Translations under genes and position numbers: made by a program
Shown here: piece after piece, positions 10,649 through 21,194 of the stretch
Layout of the letters: each line of letters opens with the position of its first letter
Numbering within the stretch: position 1 is the first letter of the stretch
From: Nocardioidaceae bacterium
Lineage (GTDB): Bacteria; Actinomycetota; Actinomycetes; Propionibacteriales; Nocardioidaceae
Direction: 5' to 3'
DNA: 64,000 nucleotides
Assembly: GCA_035762105.1 (NCBI GenBank)
Contig: DASTPU010000228.1
Coordinates: 6,806-70,805, forward strand
The notes under the pieces: model-generated
The model's database searches: none
What the model was told of the DNA's origin: nothing
Seen by the model: only the letters and a program-made list of their open reading frames with translations

Positions 10649-12205
10649 GTGCAAATCCCTGAGACCCCCGCGACCAGCCCCTGGTGGAAGCACTCCGTCT
10701 GCTACCAGGTCTACATCCGCAGCTTCGCCGACTCCGACGGGGACGGCGTCGGTGACCTGACCGGGATCGAGCAGCGCCTTCCCTACCTCGCCGACCTCGG
10801 CGTGGACTCGCTGTGGATCACGCCGTTCTACACCTCGCCGCAGAACGACCACGGGTACGACGTGGCCGACTACCGGGACGTGGACCGGCTGTTCGGGTCG
10901 CTCGAGGACTTCGACTCGATGCTGGCCAGGTCGCACGAGCTCGGGCTGCGGGTGGTCGTCGACCTCGTACCGAACCACACCTCGGTCGAGCACGAGTGGT
11001 TCCAGGAGGCGCTGCACGCCGAGGCCGGCAGCCCCGAGCGGGACCGCTACGTCTTCCGCGACGGCAAGGGCGCCGACGGCGAGGAGCCCCCGAACAACTG
11101 GCAGTCGGTCTTCGGCGGGCCGGCGTGGACCCGGGTCGACGACGGCCAGTGGTACCTCCACATGTTCGACCCCACCCAGCCGGACCTGAACTGGTGGAAC
11201 CCGGCGGTGGCCGAGGAGTTCGAGTCGATCCTGCGCTTCTGGCTCGACCGCGGCGTCGACGGCTTCCGGATCGATGTCGCTCACGGCCTCTACACGCCGC
11301 AGGAGATGGCCGACACCCTGCCCGGGGAGAAGTTCCCGATGTGGGACCAGCCGCAGGTGCACGAGGTCTACCGGCGCTGGCGCGAGATCCTCGAGGAGTA
11401 CGACGGGGACCGGATGGCCGTCGCGGAGGCGTGGACCGACTCCCCCGAGTCGATGGCCCGCTACATCCGTCCCGACGAGCTGCAGCAGGCGTTCAACTTC
11501 CACTGGCTCGAGGCGCCGTGGTCGGCCAAGGCGTTCCGCGACGTCATCGACGAGAGCCTGCACGCCGTGGGCCTCGCCGGCGCGACCGCGACCTGGGTGC
11601 TGTCCAACCACGACGTGGTCCGGCACGTGACGAGGTACGGCGGAGGGGCCGAGGGGCTGGCCCGCGGCAGGGCCGCCCTCCTGACCATGCTCGCGCTGCC
11701 GGGCGGGGCGTACGTCTACCAGGGCGAGGAGCTCGGGCTCGAGGAGGTCGAGGTCGCCCCCTCGGACCGCCAGGACCCGATGTACTTCCGCGGCGCCGGG
11801 GTCGGCCGGGACGGCTGCCGGGTGCCGATCCCGTGGTCGGGCGACGAGCCGCCGTTCGGGTTCGGGACGGGCCAGGGGCAGCCGTGGCTGCCGCAGCCGG
11901 CGTCGTGGCGCGCCCTCAGCGTGGCCGCGCAGCAGGACGACCCCGACTCCACGCTGAGCTTCTACCGGCTCGCTCTGCGCACCCGGCGCGACGTCACCGA
12001 GGACCTGCCCGACGAGGTCAGCATGCTCGACAGCGCCCCGGAGACGCTGGCATTCGTCCGCGGCGGCGAGCTGGTCTGCGTGCTGAACTGCGGCGCGGAC
12101 GCCGCGCCGGTGCCGGTCGAGGCCGGCGAGCTCGTCCTGGCGAGCGCGCCGCTCGAGCAGGGCCGGGTCCCCGCGGACGCGGCCGCCTGGTTCCGCACCG
12201 CGTGA
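10649..12205 (+). CDS. GH13 alpha-glucosidase / alpha-amylase family glycoside hydrolase
   Basis: YQVYIRSFADSDGDGVGDL, DHGYDVADY, DLVPNH, GFRIDVAH, LSNHD, YQGEELG, RDGCRVPIPW. Confidence 0.92.
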   Translation: MQIPETPATSPWWKHSVCYQVYIRSFADSDGDGVGDLTGIEQRLPYLADLGVDSLWITPFYTSPQNDHGYDVADYRDVDRLFGSLEDFDSMLARSHELGLRVVVDLVPNHTSVEHEWFQEALHAEAGSPERDRYVFRDGKGADGEEPPNNWQSVFGGPAWTRVDDGQWYLHMFDPTQPDLNWWNPAVAEEFESILRFWLDRGVDGFRIDVAHGLYTPQEMADTLPGEKFPMWDQPQVHEVYRRWREILEEYDGDRMAVAEAWTDSPESMARYIRPDELQQAFNFHWLEAPWSAKAFRDVIDESLHAVGLAGATATWVLSNHDVVRHVTRYGGGAEGLARGRAALLTMLALPGGAYVYQGEELGLEEVEVAPSDRQDPMYFRGAGVGRDGCRVPIPWSGDEPPFGFGTGQGQPWLPQPASWRALSVAAQQDDPDSTLSFYRLALRTRRDVTEDLPDEVSMLDSAPETLAFVRGGELVCVLNCGADAAPVPVEAGELVLASAPLEQGRVPADAAAWFRTA

Positions 12206-12233
12206 GGGCGGCTCCCGGCGGCTGGAAATGGCC

Positions 12234-12262
12234 TTGTCGGGCCGTGGACCGCGTCGTACCTT
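12234..12262 (+). promoter_or_regulatory. Putative sigma-A-type promoter TTGTCG-N17-TACCTT
   Basis: -35 TTGTCG at 12234-12239, 17-nt spacer, -10 TACCTT at 12257-12262, just upstream of the structured RNA/sORF. Confidence 0.6.
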
Positions 12263-12269
12263 TGACGCA

Positions 12270-12490
12270 CACGAGAAGGGAGGTGGTCCAGAGAATGTGT
12301 TCTTGTCGGACTCGTGAGGTGGCTGCTCGCTAGCAGCGCACCGGCCAGCACTGACTGAGCCACCGGTACGCGACCGGTGAGCGGCTGGCAATACCAAGCA
12401 GTCACCCGACCCGCAGGTGCCCCGGGAAGTCCGCCCGGGGAGCGACCGCCGTCCATGACGGCGGAGCCGCACACGCCTGCGGGTCGTCTG
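12270..12490 (+). ncRNA. Putative structured RNA (family not identified) containing a short ORF
   Basis: Six helices found by eye: 12318-27/12397-406, 12344-49/12384-89, 12361-67/12373-79, 12407-19/12474-86, 12420-26/12434-40, 12446-53/12457-64. Loop AGTCCG (12428-33) is complementary to CGGACT (12307-12). Confidence 0.6.
12295..12333 (+). CDS. 12-aa small ORF MCSCRTREVAAR
   Basis: Strong Shine-Dalgarno AAGGGAGGTG (12276-12285) 9 nt before ATG; TAG stop. Confidence 0.5.
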   Translation: MCSCRTREVAAR

Positions 12491-12553
12491 TTCGTGCGGG
12501 CGGCCCGAATGTCGCCGCCGCGCCCCCCAGCAGCGCTCTGTATATTCGCGGCC

Positions 12554-13510
12554 ATGCCTCGCCCATGGAGACGTCGGCTGCTGACCCTGCTACCCAGGCT
12601 CGGCCTGGTGTCCCGACCCCTCGGCCCCGGCGCGGTCGTGGTGGCCGAGCCAGGGCAACGGCTCAAGGTCGACGCCCTCGACGACCGCACGTGGCTGGTC
12701 CAGCGTGGTCGCGGCCGGCGACGGGTCGCCAAGCGGATGGGCCCACCGGACCTGCGCACCCACCTGGTGGTCGACCAGCGGGCTGCGCGCAAGGGGCTGC
12801 CGGTCCAGCAGATGAAGCTGGCCCACTACATCTCTGCCGAGCACATCGCCTGGGTCCTCCGCGAGCTCGGCATCAACTGTGTGCTGGACGTCGGCGCCAA
12901 CACCGGCCAGTTCGGCCAGCGGCTGCGCAAGGCCGGGTACGCCGGCCGCATCGTCTCCTTCGAGCCGCTCCCCCACCTCGCCGAGCAGCTGCACAGGCAC
13001 GCCGACCCGGACCCGCTGTGGCAGGTCATGAACTATGCGCTCGGCGACGAGGAGACCGAGCAGGAGATGACGGTGGTCGCCGCCGGAGGCAAGACGAGCT
13101 CGCTGCTTCCCGTCAGCGACTTCGGCCGGAAGTGGTCGCCCCGCCTCGAGGGGATCCGCAAGGAGACCGTGTCGATCCGACGGCTCGAGAACGTCTTCGA
13201 CGAGGCGGTCGCCGGCCTGGACGACCCCCGGGTGTTCCTCAAGATGGACACCCAGGGCTACGACCTGCGGGTCTTCGCCGGCGCCGGCGACCGGATCAAG
13301 GACGTGCTCGGCCTGCAGTCGGAGATCTCCTGCGTGCCGTTGTACGACGGGATGCCGCGGATGCCGGAGGCCGTCGAGACCTACGAGTCGGCCGGGTTCG
13401 AGACCACCGGCATCTTCCCGGTGAGCCGCGACGGGGAGCGCCTCCGCGTGATCGAGCTCGACATCATCATGATCCGGGTCGAGGCGCTCACTCAGCCAGC
13501 GCAGCGGTGA
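12554..13510 (+). CDS. FkbM family methyltransferase
   Basis: [28 protein letters not shown]; TATATT -10 box 7 nt upstream of ATG. Confidence 0.87.
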   Translation: MPRPWRRRLLTLLPRLGLVSRPLGPGAVVVAEPGQRLKVDALDDRTWLVQRGRGRRRVAKRMGPPDLRTHLVVDQRAARKGLPVQQMKLAHYISAEHIAWVLRELGINCVLDVGANTGQFGQRLRKAGYAGRIVSFEPLPHLAEQLHRHADPDPLWQVMNYALGDEETEQEMTVVAAGGKTSSLLPVSDFGRKWSPRLEGIRKETVSIRRLENVFDEAVAGLDDPRVFLKMDTQGYDLRVFAGAGDRIKDVLGLQSEISCVPLYDGMPRMPEAVETYESAGFETTGIFPVSRDGERLRVIELDIIMIRVEALTQPAQR

Positions 13511-15446
13511 ACTGCGCGTTGTAGAGGTCGGCGTACGCGCCGCCCGAGGCGAGCAGGGCATCGTGCGTGCCCTGCTGCACGATCCGCCCGGACTCCATGA
13601 CCAGGATCAGGTCGGCGTCCCGGATGGTCGAGAGCCGGTGCGCGATCACGAAGCTCGTCCGGTCGGTGCGCAGCGCCGCCATCGCGTGCTGGAGCAGCAG
13701 CTCGGTCCGCGTGTCGACCGAGCTGGTCGCCTCGTCGAGGATCAGCAGCGCCGGGTCCGAGAGGAACGCGCGGGCGATCGTGACGAGCTGGCGCTCACCG
13801 GCGCTGATGTTGCCTCCCTCCTCGTCGACGACGGTGTCGTAGCCGTCGGGAAGCGAGTGCACGAACCGGTCGACGAAGGTCGCCCGTGCGGCCGCGAGGA
13901 TCTCCTCCTCGGTCGCGTCCGGCCGGCCGTACGCGATGTTGTCACGGATGGTCCCGCCGAAGAGCCACGTGTCCTGCAGGACCATCCCGATCTGCGCTCG
14001 CAGGTCCGCACGGGGCATCGCGGCGATGTCCACCCCGTCGAGCGTGATGCGTCCGGAGTCGACGTCGTAGAACCGCATCACCAGGTTCACCAAGGTCGTC
14101 TTCCCTGCGCCGGTCGGCCCCACGATGGCGACCGTCTCCCCCGGACGGGCGACCAGCGAGAGGTCCTCGATCAGGGGCTCGTCCGGCTCGTAGCGGAACG
14201 AGACGTGCTCGAGCACGACCTCGCCGCGCTGAACCGGCGCCTCCTCCGCGCGGGCCGTGTCGGGCGGCTCCTCGTCGGCGTCGAGCAGCTCGAAGACCCG
14301 CTCCGCCGACGCGACCCCGGACTGCAGCAGGTTCACCATGGAGGCGACCTGCGTCAGCGGCTGCGTGAACTGGCGGGAGTACTGGATGAACGCCTGCACG
14401 TCCCCGAGCGACATCGTGCCGCTCGCGACCCTCAGCCCGCCGAGGACCGCGATCACCACGTAGTTCAGGTTCCCGATGAACATCATCGTGGGCATGATCA
14501 GCCCGGAGATGAACTGCGCCCGGAAGCTCGCGTGGAAGAGCGCCTCGTTCTCCCGGGCGAAGACCTCCTCCACCTCGCGCTGCCGGCCGAAGACCTTGAC
14601 CAGCGCGTGTCCGCTGAAGGCCTCCTCGACGTGGGCGTTGAGACGGCCCGTGCCCCGCCACTGGGCGATGAACTGGCGCTGGCTGCGCCTCATGATCGCG
14701 CCGGTGACCGCCACGCTGAGCGGCACCGTGACGAGTGCGACCAGTGCGAGCGTCGGCGAGATGTAGAACATCATCGCGACCACACCGACGACGGTCAGGA
14801 GCGAGGTGAGCAGCTGGCTCATCGTCTGCTGCAGCGTCTGGCTGACGTTGTCGATGTCGTTGGTGACCCGGCTGAGCAGCTCCCCGCGTGGCTGCTTGTC
14901 GAAGTACCGCAGCGGCAGCCGGTTGATCTTGTCCTCGACGTCCGCGCGCATCCGGAAGACCGTGTGCTGTACGACGTCGTTGAGGATGTAGCCCTGCAGC
15001 CAGGCAAGCACCGACGAGGCGAGGTAGACGGCGAGCGCGAGCAGGAGCACCGCGCCGACGGCGTCGAAGTCGACTCCTCGGCCGGGGACGAGGTGGTCCA
15101 TCGCGGCGAGCATGTCGGCGACCCGGCCCTCACCGCGTGCGCGCGCCGCCGCAACCGCCTCCTGCTGCGTCATCCCGGGAGGCATGTTCCGCCCGAACAG
15201 CCCCGCGAAGATCAGGTCGGTCGCCCGGCCGAGGATCTTCGGTCCCATGACCGCGAGGGCCACGCTGGCCACCGCGAGCATCCCGATGCCGGCCACCTTG
15301 AGACGCGCCGGGGCCAGCCGCCGGGCCAGCCGCCTGGCCGAGGGACCGAAGCTCTCGGACTTCTGCCCCACCATCCCGCCGCCGAACGGGCCGTGCCCGG
15401 GCCCCGGCCCGGCGACCGGCCGCTCGGTCTGTCTCATCGTGCTCAC
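13488..15446 (-). CDS. Heterodimeric multidrug-type ABC exporter subunit (TMD+NBD)
   Basis: TM domain then [31 protein letters not shown]; GTG start overlaps upstream stop (GTGA). Confidence 0.92.
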   Translation of the reverse strand: MSTMRQTERPVAGPGPGHGPFGGGMVGQKSESFGPSARRLARRLAPARLKVAGIGMLAVASVALAVMGPKILGRATDLIFAGLFGRNMPPGMTQQEAVAAARARGEGRVADMLAAMDHLVPGRGVDFDAVGAVLLLALAVYLASSVLAWLQGYILNDVVQHTVFRMRADVEDKINRLPLRYFDKQPRGELLSRVTNDIDNVSQTLQQTMSQLLTSLLTVVGVVAMMFYISPTLALVALVTVPLSVAVTGAIMRRSQRQFIAQWRGTGRLNAHVEEAFSGHALVKVFGRQREVEEVFARENEALFHASFRAQFISGLIMPTMMFIGNLNYVVIAVLGGLRVASGTMSLGDVQAFIQYSRQFTQPLTQVASMVNLLQSGVASAERVFELLDADEEPPDTARAEEAPVQRGEVVLEHVSFRYEPDEPLIEDLSLVARPGETVAIVGPTGAGKTTLVNLVMRFYDVDSGRITLDGVDIAAMPRADLRAQIGMVLQDTWLFGGTIRDNIAYGRPDATEEEILAAARATFVDRFVHSLPDGYDTVVDEEGGNISAGERQLVTIARAFLSDPALLILDEATSSVDTRTELLLQHAMAALRTDRTSFVIAHRLSTIRDADLILVMESGRIVQQGTHDALLASGGAYADLYNAQFTAALAE

Positions 15447-17176
15447 GCGGCACCCTCGGCGGTGAGCTGGGACCCGACGATCTCCTGGTACGTCCGGCAA
15501 CGCTCCATCAGCTCCTGGTGCGTGCCGCGGCCGACCACGAGGCCGTCCTCGAGGACCAGGATCTGGTCGGCGTCCACGATCGTGGAGACCCGCTGGGCGA
15601 CGATCATCACGGTGGCGTCGGCCGTGACCGGACGCAGGGCCTGCCTGAGCCGGGCGTCCGTGGCGAGGTCGAGTGCGGAGAACGAGTCGTCGAACAGGAA
15701 GATCCTGGGCCGGTGGATGAGCGCGCGGGCGATGGCCAGTCGCTGGCGCTGGCCACCTGAGACGTTCGTGCCGCCCTGGGCGATGGGAGCCTCGAGGCGC
15801 TCCGGCATGTCCTCGACGAAGTCCCGGGCCTGGGCGACCTCGAGCGCGGCCCACATCTCGGCCTCGGTCGCGTCGGGCTTGCCGTAGCGGAGGTTGCTGG
15901 CCACCGTGCCCGAGAACAGGTACGCCTTCTGGGGGACCAGGCCGATCCCTCCCCAGAGGATCCCGGGGTCGAGGTCCCTGACGTCCACCCCGTCGACGTA
16001 CACACCACCCGCGGTGACGTCGAACAGCCGCGCCACGAGGTTCAGCAGCGTGGTCTTGCCGGCCCCGGTCGACCCGATGATCGCGGTCGTCCGCCCGGGC
16101 TCGGCGGTGAAGGTCAGGTCGCGGAGCACGGGCGTCCCGGCGCCGGGGTACCGCAGCTCGACGTCGCGGAGCTCGACCAGCCCGCGGAACCGGTCGGGTC
16201 TCGTCGGCGCGGCGGGCGGGACGACCGAGGAGTCGGTGTCGAGCACCTCCTGGATCCGGTCGGCGCAGACCGCGGCCCGGGGCACCATCACGAGCATGAA
16301 CGTCGCCATCATCACCGACATCAGGATCTGCACGAGGTAGGCGAGGAAGGCGGTGAGCGAGCCGACCTCCATCAGGCCCGCGTCGACGCGGTGGCCGCCG
16401 AACCACAGCACGGCGACGCTCGAGACGTTGAGGACCAGCATGACGGCGGGGAACATCGTCGCCATCCACCTGCCGACCGTGATCGCCACGCCGGTGAGCT
16501 CGGCGTTGGCCGTGTCGAACCGCTGGGTCTCGTAGGGCTCGCGGACGAACGCCCTGACCACCCTGATGCCGGTGATCTGCTCCCGCAGGATCCGGTTCAC
16601 GCTGTCGATGCGCTCCTGCATGACGCGGAAGCCGGGCAGCATCCGGGAGACGATCAGCGCGACCACGGCCACGAGCACGGGGACCGCGACGGCCAGCAGC
16701 CACGACAGCCCGATGTCCTCGCGCATCGCCATGACGACGCCGCCGACCAGCATCATCGGCGCGGCCACCATCATGGTGCTGCTCAGCAGGACGAGCATCT
16801 GCACCTGCTGCACGTCGTTGGTGTTGCGGGTGATGAGCGAGGGCGCCCCGAACTGGCCCACCTCTCGCGCGGAGTAGGTCCCCACCTGGTGGAAGATCCG
16901 GCCGCGGACGTCCCGGCCGAACGCCATGGCGGTGCGCGCGCCGAAGTACACCGCGACCACGGTGCATCCGATCTGCACCAGGGCCACCGCGAGCATCACC
17001 GAGCCGGTGCGCACGATGTAGTCGGTGTCCCCCCGGGCGACCCCGTTGTCGATGATGTCGGCGTTCAGGCTCGGCAGGTAGAGCGCCGCCACCGTCCCGA
17101 AGAACTGCAGCACGACGACCGCGAGCAGCGCGCTCCGGTACGGCGCGAGGTAGGCCGTCAGAAGCCGGAGCAGCAT
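15443..17176 (-). CDS. Heterodimeric multidrug-type ABC exporter subunit (TMD+NBD, degenerate site)
   Basis: [33 protein letters not shown]. Confidence 0.92.
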   Translation of the reverse strand: MLLRLLTAYLAPYRSALLAVVVLQFFGTVAALYLPSLNADIIDNGVARGDTDYIVRTGSVMLAVALVQIGCTVVAVYFGARTAMAFGRDVRGRIFHQVGTYSAREVGQFGAPSLITRNTNDVQQVQMLVLLSSTMMVAAPMMLVGGVVMAMREDIGLSWLLAVAVPVLVAVVALIVSRMLPGFRVMQERIDSVNRILREQITGIRVVRAFVREPYETQRFDTANAELTGVAITVGRWMATMFPAVMLVLNVSSVAVLWFGGHRVDAGLMEVGSLTAFLAYLVQILMSVMMATFMLVMVPRAAVCADRIQEVLDTDSSVVPPAAPTRPDRFRGLVELRDVELRYPGAGTPVLRDLTFTAEPGRTTAIIGSTGAGKTTLLNLVARLFDVTAGGVYVDGVDVRDLDPGILWGGIGLVPQKAYLFSGTVASNLRYGKPDATEAEMWAALEVAQARDFVEDMPERLEAPIAQGGTNVSGGQRQRLAIARALIHRPRIFLFDDSFSALDLATDARLRQALRPVTADATVMIVAQRVSTIVDADQILVLEDGLVVGRGTHQELMERCRTYQEIVGSQLTAEGAA

Positions 17177-17198
17177 CAGCGGGCACCCGGACCGGTCG

Positions 17199-17843
17199 TC
17201 ATGGCGCGAGCCGCTCGGTCGCCCACCCGTCTGCCGTACGGCGGTAGCGGAGCCGGTCGTGCATGCGCCCGATCCTCCCCTGCCAGAACTCCACGACCTC
17301 GGGCTCGACGCAGAAGCCGCCCCAGTGCCGGGGCCGCGGGATGTCGCCCTCGCCGAAACGCTCGGCCACCTCGCCGTACCGGCGGTCCAGCGTGGCCCGG
17401 TCCGGGATCACCTGCGACTGCGGCGAGGCCCAGGCGCCGATCTGGGAGGCGCGCGGCCGGGTCGCGAAGTACGCGTCGTTCTCCGCCTCGCTCAGCCTGC
17501 TGACCGTGCCCTCGACCCGGACCTGCCGCTCGAGCTGCTGCCAGGGGAACAGCAGCGACGCCCTGGGGTTGGCGGCGAGCTCCTCACCCTTGCGCGAGGA
17601 GTAGTTCGTGAAGAACACGAAGCCGTGCTCGTCGATCCGCTTGAGGAGGACGATGCGCTGGGCGGGCGTGCCGGTCGCGTCCACGGTCGCGACGACCATC
17701 GCGTTGGGCTCGTACAGCCCGGCGCGGAGCGCGTCCTGCATCCACCGGCGGAACATGGTGAGCGGGTCCGGTTCGAGGTCGGACTCGTGCAGCCCGCCGG
17801 CGGCGTACTCCCGGCGCAGGTCGTTCAGCTCTCGCGCATCCAC
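17199..17843 (-). CDS. pdxH: Pyridoxamine 5'-phosphate oxidase
   Basis: RIVLLK, FFTNYSSRKG, RQVRVEG, SQIGAWASPQS, EFWQGR...RMHDR, ERLAP. Confidence 0.95.
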   Translation of the reverse strand: MDARELNDLRREYAAGGLHESDLEPDPLTMFRRWMQDALRAGLYEPNAMVVATVDATGTPAQRIVLLKRIDEHGFVFFTNYSSRKGEELAANPRASLLFPWQQLERQVRVEGTVSRLSEAENDAYFATRPRASQIGAWASPQSQVIPDRATLDRRYGEVAERFGEGDIPRPRHWGGFCVEPEVVEFWQGRIGRMHDRLRYRRTADGWATERLAP

Positions 17844-17943
17844 GAAGGTGAATCTAGTCCCCGCACCGGGGGCGCGAGGTGACTCGCCGGAGGTGGACGG
17901 GCAGAATGCGTCGTTGGACCACCAGCCGACGAAGGAGTCACCG

Positions 17944-19044
17944 ATGAGCGAGGTTCAGCACGGCCTTGAGGGCGTCGTCGCGTTCGAGACCGAGATCGCC
18001 GAGCCCGACAAGGAAGGCTCCGCGCTCAGGTACCGCGGCGTCGACATCGAGGAGCTCGTCGGCCGGGTGCCCTTCGAGAAGGTCTGGGGGCTGCTGATCG
18101 ACGGCGCCTACGAGCCCGGCCTCCCTCCCGCCGAGCCCTACAACATCCCGGTCCGCACCGGCGACATCCGCGTGGACGTGCAGGCAGCGGTCGCGATGCT
18201 CGCCCCGGCCTTCGGGATGCGGCAGACCTACGACATCAGCGACGAGCAGGCCCGCCAGGACCTCAGCCGCGTCGCGGTGATGGTGCTGTCGTACGCCGCC
18301 CAGGCAGCGCGTGGCATCGACAAGCCGATCGTGTCGCAGAAGGAGGTCGACAAGGGCACGACCCTGGCGGAGAAGTTCATGATCCGCTGGAAGGGCGAGG
18401 CCGACCCCAAGCACGTCAAGGCGATCGACGCGTACTGGAGCTCCGCGGCCGAGCACGGGATGAACGCCTCCACGTTCACCGCCCGCGTGATCACCTCAAC
18501 CGGCGCCGACGTCGCAGCCGCGTTCTCCGGCGCCATCGGCGCGATGAGCGGCCCGCTGCACGGCGGCGCCCCTTCGCGGGTGCTCGGCATGATCCGCGAC
18601 GTCGAGCAGCGCGGCGACGCCTCCGCCTACGTCAAGGAGCTCCTCGACAACGGCGAGCGCCTGATGGGCTTCGGGCACCGCGTCTACCGCGCCGAGGACC
18701 CGCGCGCCCGGACGCTGCGCCGGACTGCCAAGGAGCTCAACGCTCCGCGCTACGAGGTGGCCGAGGCTCTCGAGAAGGCCGCGCTCGAGGAGCTGCGGGC
18801 CCGCCGCCCCGACCGGGTGCTCGAGACCAACGTGGAGTTCTGGGCCGCGATCGTCCTCGACTTCGCCGAGGTTCCGCCGCACATGTTCACCTCGATGTTC
18901 ACCTGCGCTCGCACGGCAGGCTGGTCGGCGCACATCCTGGAGCAGAAGCGCACCGGCCGCCTGATCCGGCCGTCGGCGAAGTACGTCGGCCCGGGGACCC
19001 GCAAGGCCGAGGACGTCGAGGGCTGGAACCCCGGCTGGGCGTGA
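17944..19044 (+). CDS. citA: Citrate synthase 2
   Basis: GLEGVVAFET, AEHGMNASTFTAR, GPLHGGAP, MGFGHRVYR, TNVEFW, RLIRPSA. Confidence 0.93.
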   Translation: MSEVQHGLEGVVAFETEIAEPDKEGSALRYRGVDIEELVGRVPFEKVWGLLIDGAYEPGLPPAEPYNIPVRTGDIRVDVQAAVAMLAPAFGMRQTYDISDEQARQDLSRVAVMVLSYAAQAARGIDKPIVSQKEVDKGTTLAEKFMIRWKGEADPKHVKAIDAYWSSAAEHGMNASTFTARVITSTGADVAAAFSGAIGAMSGPLHGGAPSRVLGMIRDVEQRGDASAYVKELLDNGERLMGFGHRVYRAEDPRARTLRRTAKELNAPRYEVAEALEKAALEELRARRPDRVLETNVEFWAAIVLDFAEVPPHMFTSMFTCARTAGWSAHILEQKRTGRLIRPSAKYVGPGTRKAEDVEGWNPGWA

Positions 19045-19080
19045 GCCCGGTCCCGTCTGCCGGGGCGAGCCGTCACGTGC

Positions 19081-20496
19081 TCACATGCGGTGTGCCATCG
19101 GCAGCGCGAAGAGCACGGCGTTGACGGCACCGAAGAGGAGCACGGTCATCACCATCGGCACGGCGACCTTGCGGGCGCGTGCGGTCTCGCCGTGCCGGTT
19201 CACCGCGATCTTGCGGGCGGTGAAGACCGACAGCGCGACGCCCGCAGCCAGGAGCGAGTACTGCAGCACCTGGATCGTCCCGGTCCCCGCGATGGCGGCC
19301 GACCCCTCGGACGTCGTACCGAACAGCCCACCCACGGTGAAGACCACGGCCTTGCCCTCGGCAAGCAGGTGGAAGAGGTTGTGCGCGACGTGCGCCGCGA
19401 CGTCGAGCGGGATCAGCGCGTAGCCGAACCGGGCGAAGTTCTGCCTCACGCTCTCCCGGCTCGCCGGTGCGGCCAGCCTCGACGCCAGCATCAGCACGCC
19501 GACCGGGAGCGCGACCGCGACCACGAACGCGATCGTGAAGATCACCGGGTAGCTGGTGATCCCGGTGGTGGCCGCGATCCAGTCGAGCAGGTCCTGCCAG
19601 ACGGTGAGCATCGTGACGTTCTGGATCAGGACGATGCCCATGATCGCCATGGCCAGGAACGACTCCTCGATGTGCGCCCGGCCGACCAGCCAGAGCTCCT
19701 TGGCGGGCGGACGGACCGTGATCGAGATGGCGTCGTGCGGGCAGGACTTGACGCAGCTGGCGCACAGGTTGCAGTTCGCCATGCTGTCCATCGTCCGGGG
19801 GAAGGTGAACAGCGGGCAGGCCGGCGTGGACTCGGTGCCGTTGTAACAGGCGGCTCGTGACGTGCAGGTGGCGCAGACGTCGGTGTCCGCGCGCAGCTGC
19901 ACCATGCCGGCCCGCGCGTAGTTGCCGGACAGCCCGCCGAGGAAGCACAGGTAGCGACAGAACGTACGACGCTGGAAGAACGCCCCGCTGACGACCACCG
20001 CCGTCGTCAGCAGCAGGAGCAGGACACCCGACCCCCACGGGGACCCGACGATGCCCCACACGTGGTCCGCCCAGGTGATCGCGATGAACGACGCGTCGAT
20101 GACCCAGATCCCGTACACCTTGAGGAAACGCGGCACCGGCCGGTGCAGGCCGACGAGCTTCTGCACCAGGTCGCTCAGCGTCGCGAACGGGCAGACCGCG
20201 CACCAGAACCGCCCCACCAGGAGGAAGGTGATCGGGACGACCGGCCACCACAGCACCCACATCAGCGCGGTACCGGCGTTGTCGTGCGCAGTCGCCGGCC
20301 CCGAGACGAGCTGGTAGGCCACCAGGCCGAAGACGGCCGCGACCGGGACCTGGAAGACGGCCGGGTACCACCGGCTCCGCACCAGCCCCCCGAACCAGCG
20401 GTTGTCGAGCAGGTTCCGCTCTGCCGGGCGCGGGACGTGGGGCATGCCGAGGTCGACGCGGCTGCCGCGCTCCTCGCGCTCCTGGGTGGTGCTCAT
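19081..20496 (-). CDS. Membrane-bound 4Fe-4S binding protein (polyferredoxin, NapH/RdxA-like architecture)
   Basis: GRFWCAVCPF, FCRYLC, CATC...C...CP, CNLCASCVKSCP plus many TM segments. Confidence 0.82.
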   Translation of the reverse strand: MSTTQEREERGSRVDLGMPHVPRPAERNLLDNRWFGGLVRSRWYPAVFQVPVAAVFGLVAYQLVSGPATAHDNAGTALMWVLWWPVVPITFLLVGRFWCAVCPFATLSDLVQKLVGLHRPVPRFLKVYGIWVIDASFIAITWADHVWGIVGSPWGSGVLLLLLTTAVVVSGAFFQRRTFCRYLCFLGGLSGNYARAGMVQLRADTDVCATCTSRAACYNGTESTPACPLFTFPRTMDSMANCNLCASCVKSCPHDAISITVRPPAKELWLVGRAHIEESFLAMAIMGIVLIQNVTMLTVWQDLLDWIAATTGITSYPVIFTIAFVVAVALPVGVLMLASRLAAPASRESVRQNFARFGYALIPLDVAAHVAHNLFHLLAEGKAVVFTVGGLFGTTSEGSAAIAGTGTIQVLQYSLLAAGVALSVFTARKIAVNRHGETARARKVAVPMVMTVLLFGAVNAVLFALPMAHRM

Positions 20497-21041
20497 CGGT
20501 GGCTCCCCCGGTCGGTTCGTGGCTTCGTGCCGGTACGGCGGTCGCGGCGGCGCAGCAGGAAGGCACTTCCCACGACGGCTGCGTTCAGGGCACCGAACCC
20601 GCCGAGCACGGAGACCCGGGTCTGGTCGGAGACGGTGTCGGGCTCACCGCCATGGCCGCTGTCGTGGCCGGTGTCGTGGCCGGTGTCGTGCCCTGGGTCC
20701 TCCTCGGCCGGCGAGCCGTGCCGGCTGTGGTCCTCCGGCGCCGCGCTCTCCGCTTCGTGCTCGCCGTGGTCGCCGTGGTCCTCCGGCACCGCGCTCTCCG
20801 CGCCGTGGTCGCCGTGGTCCTCCGGCGCCGCGCTGCCCGCTTCGTGCTCGCCGTGGTCGCCGTGGTCCATCCCCGTCACGTGGTCCGCGTGGTCGGCGGC
20901 CACGGAAGGCTCGGCGCTCGGCGAGTCCCCTCCGTGGAGCGGCGGGGGCCACGGCACGGCCGCGGCCGGGGCCGCCACCCCCAGCGCGACGACGAGGGCG
21001 GCCGCGGCCACGCCTCCTACGGCGGTGATCCTCGGCATCAT
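20493..21041 (-). CDS. His/Asp/Glu-rich protein with signal peptide and C-terminal membrane anchor
   Basis: MMPRITAVGGVAAAALVVALGVAAPAAA signal; DHGDHG repeats; VLGGFGALNAAVVGSAFLL-RRR anchor; GGGGAGG RBS; stop overlaps next ATG. Confidence 0.72.
   Translation of the reverse strand: MMPRITAVGGVAAAALVVALGVAAPAAAVPWPPPLHGGDSPSAEPSVAADHADHVTGMDHGDHGEHEAGSAAPEDHGDHGAESAVPEDHGDHGEHEAESAAPEDHSRHGSPAEEDPGHDTGHDTGHDSGHGGEPDTVSDQTRVSVLGGFGALNAAVVGSAFLLRRRDRRTGTKPRTDRGSHR
20650..20868 (-). repeat. Intragenic tandem repeats encoding EDHGDHG(EHE)AxSAxP and GHDT units
   Basis: Repeated gccgtggtcgccgtggtcc units and gtcgtggcc units visible on the + strand. Confidence 0.8.
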
Positions 21042-21136
21042 GGCCTCCCCGGACGATATCGGTGACTTGCATCGTCCGTCGGGGCTAGAGCGCGGCAAAT
21101 GGTCCGGATGTCCCGGATCCGGGGTCGTTGGTCCCG

Positions 21137-21185
21137 AAAAGCGGACCGCCGGTCCGGTTCGCCTCGGCGACCCGGACCGGCGGTC
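21137..21185 (-). terminator. Intrinsic terminator hairpin
   Basis: GACCGCCGGTCCGG (21144-57) / CCGGACCGGCGGTC (21172-85) inverted repeat; short U run on the minus strand (aaaa 21137-40); just downstream of the 50-aa ORF. Confidence 0.7.
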
Positions 21186-21194
21186 GGGCACGTG

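Noticed and set aside
12295-12333. Classical cysteine attenuator leader peptide
   Set aside because: There are only two non-adjacent Cys codons near the start, and the downstream gene is unrelated to cysteine metabolism and has its own -10 box.
13488-17186. 1232-aa ORF suggesting one giant ABC protein
   Set aside because: Its first half is an off-frame read of the upstream ABC gene; the real second subunit starts at the GTGA overlap at 15446.
20650-20868. Short repeated units resembling a CRISPR array
   Set aside because: They are in-frame coding repeats without unique spacers, and no cas genes are present.
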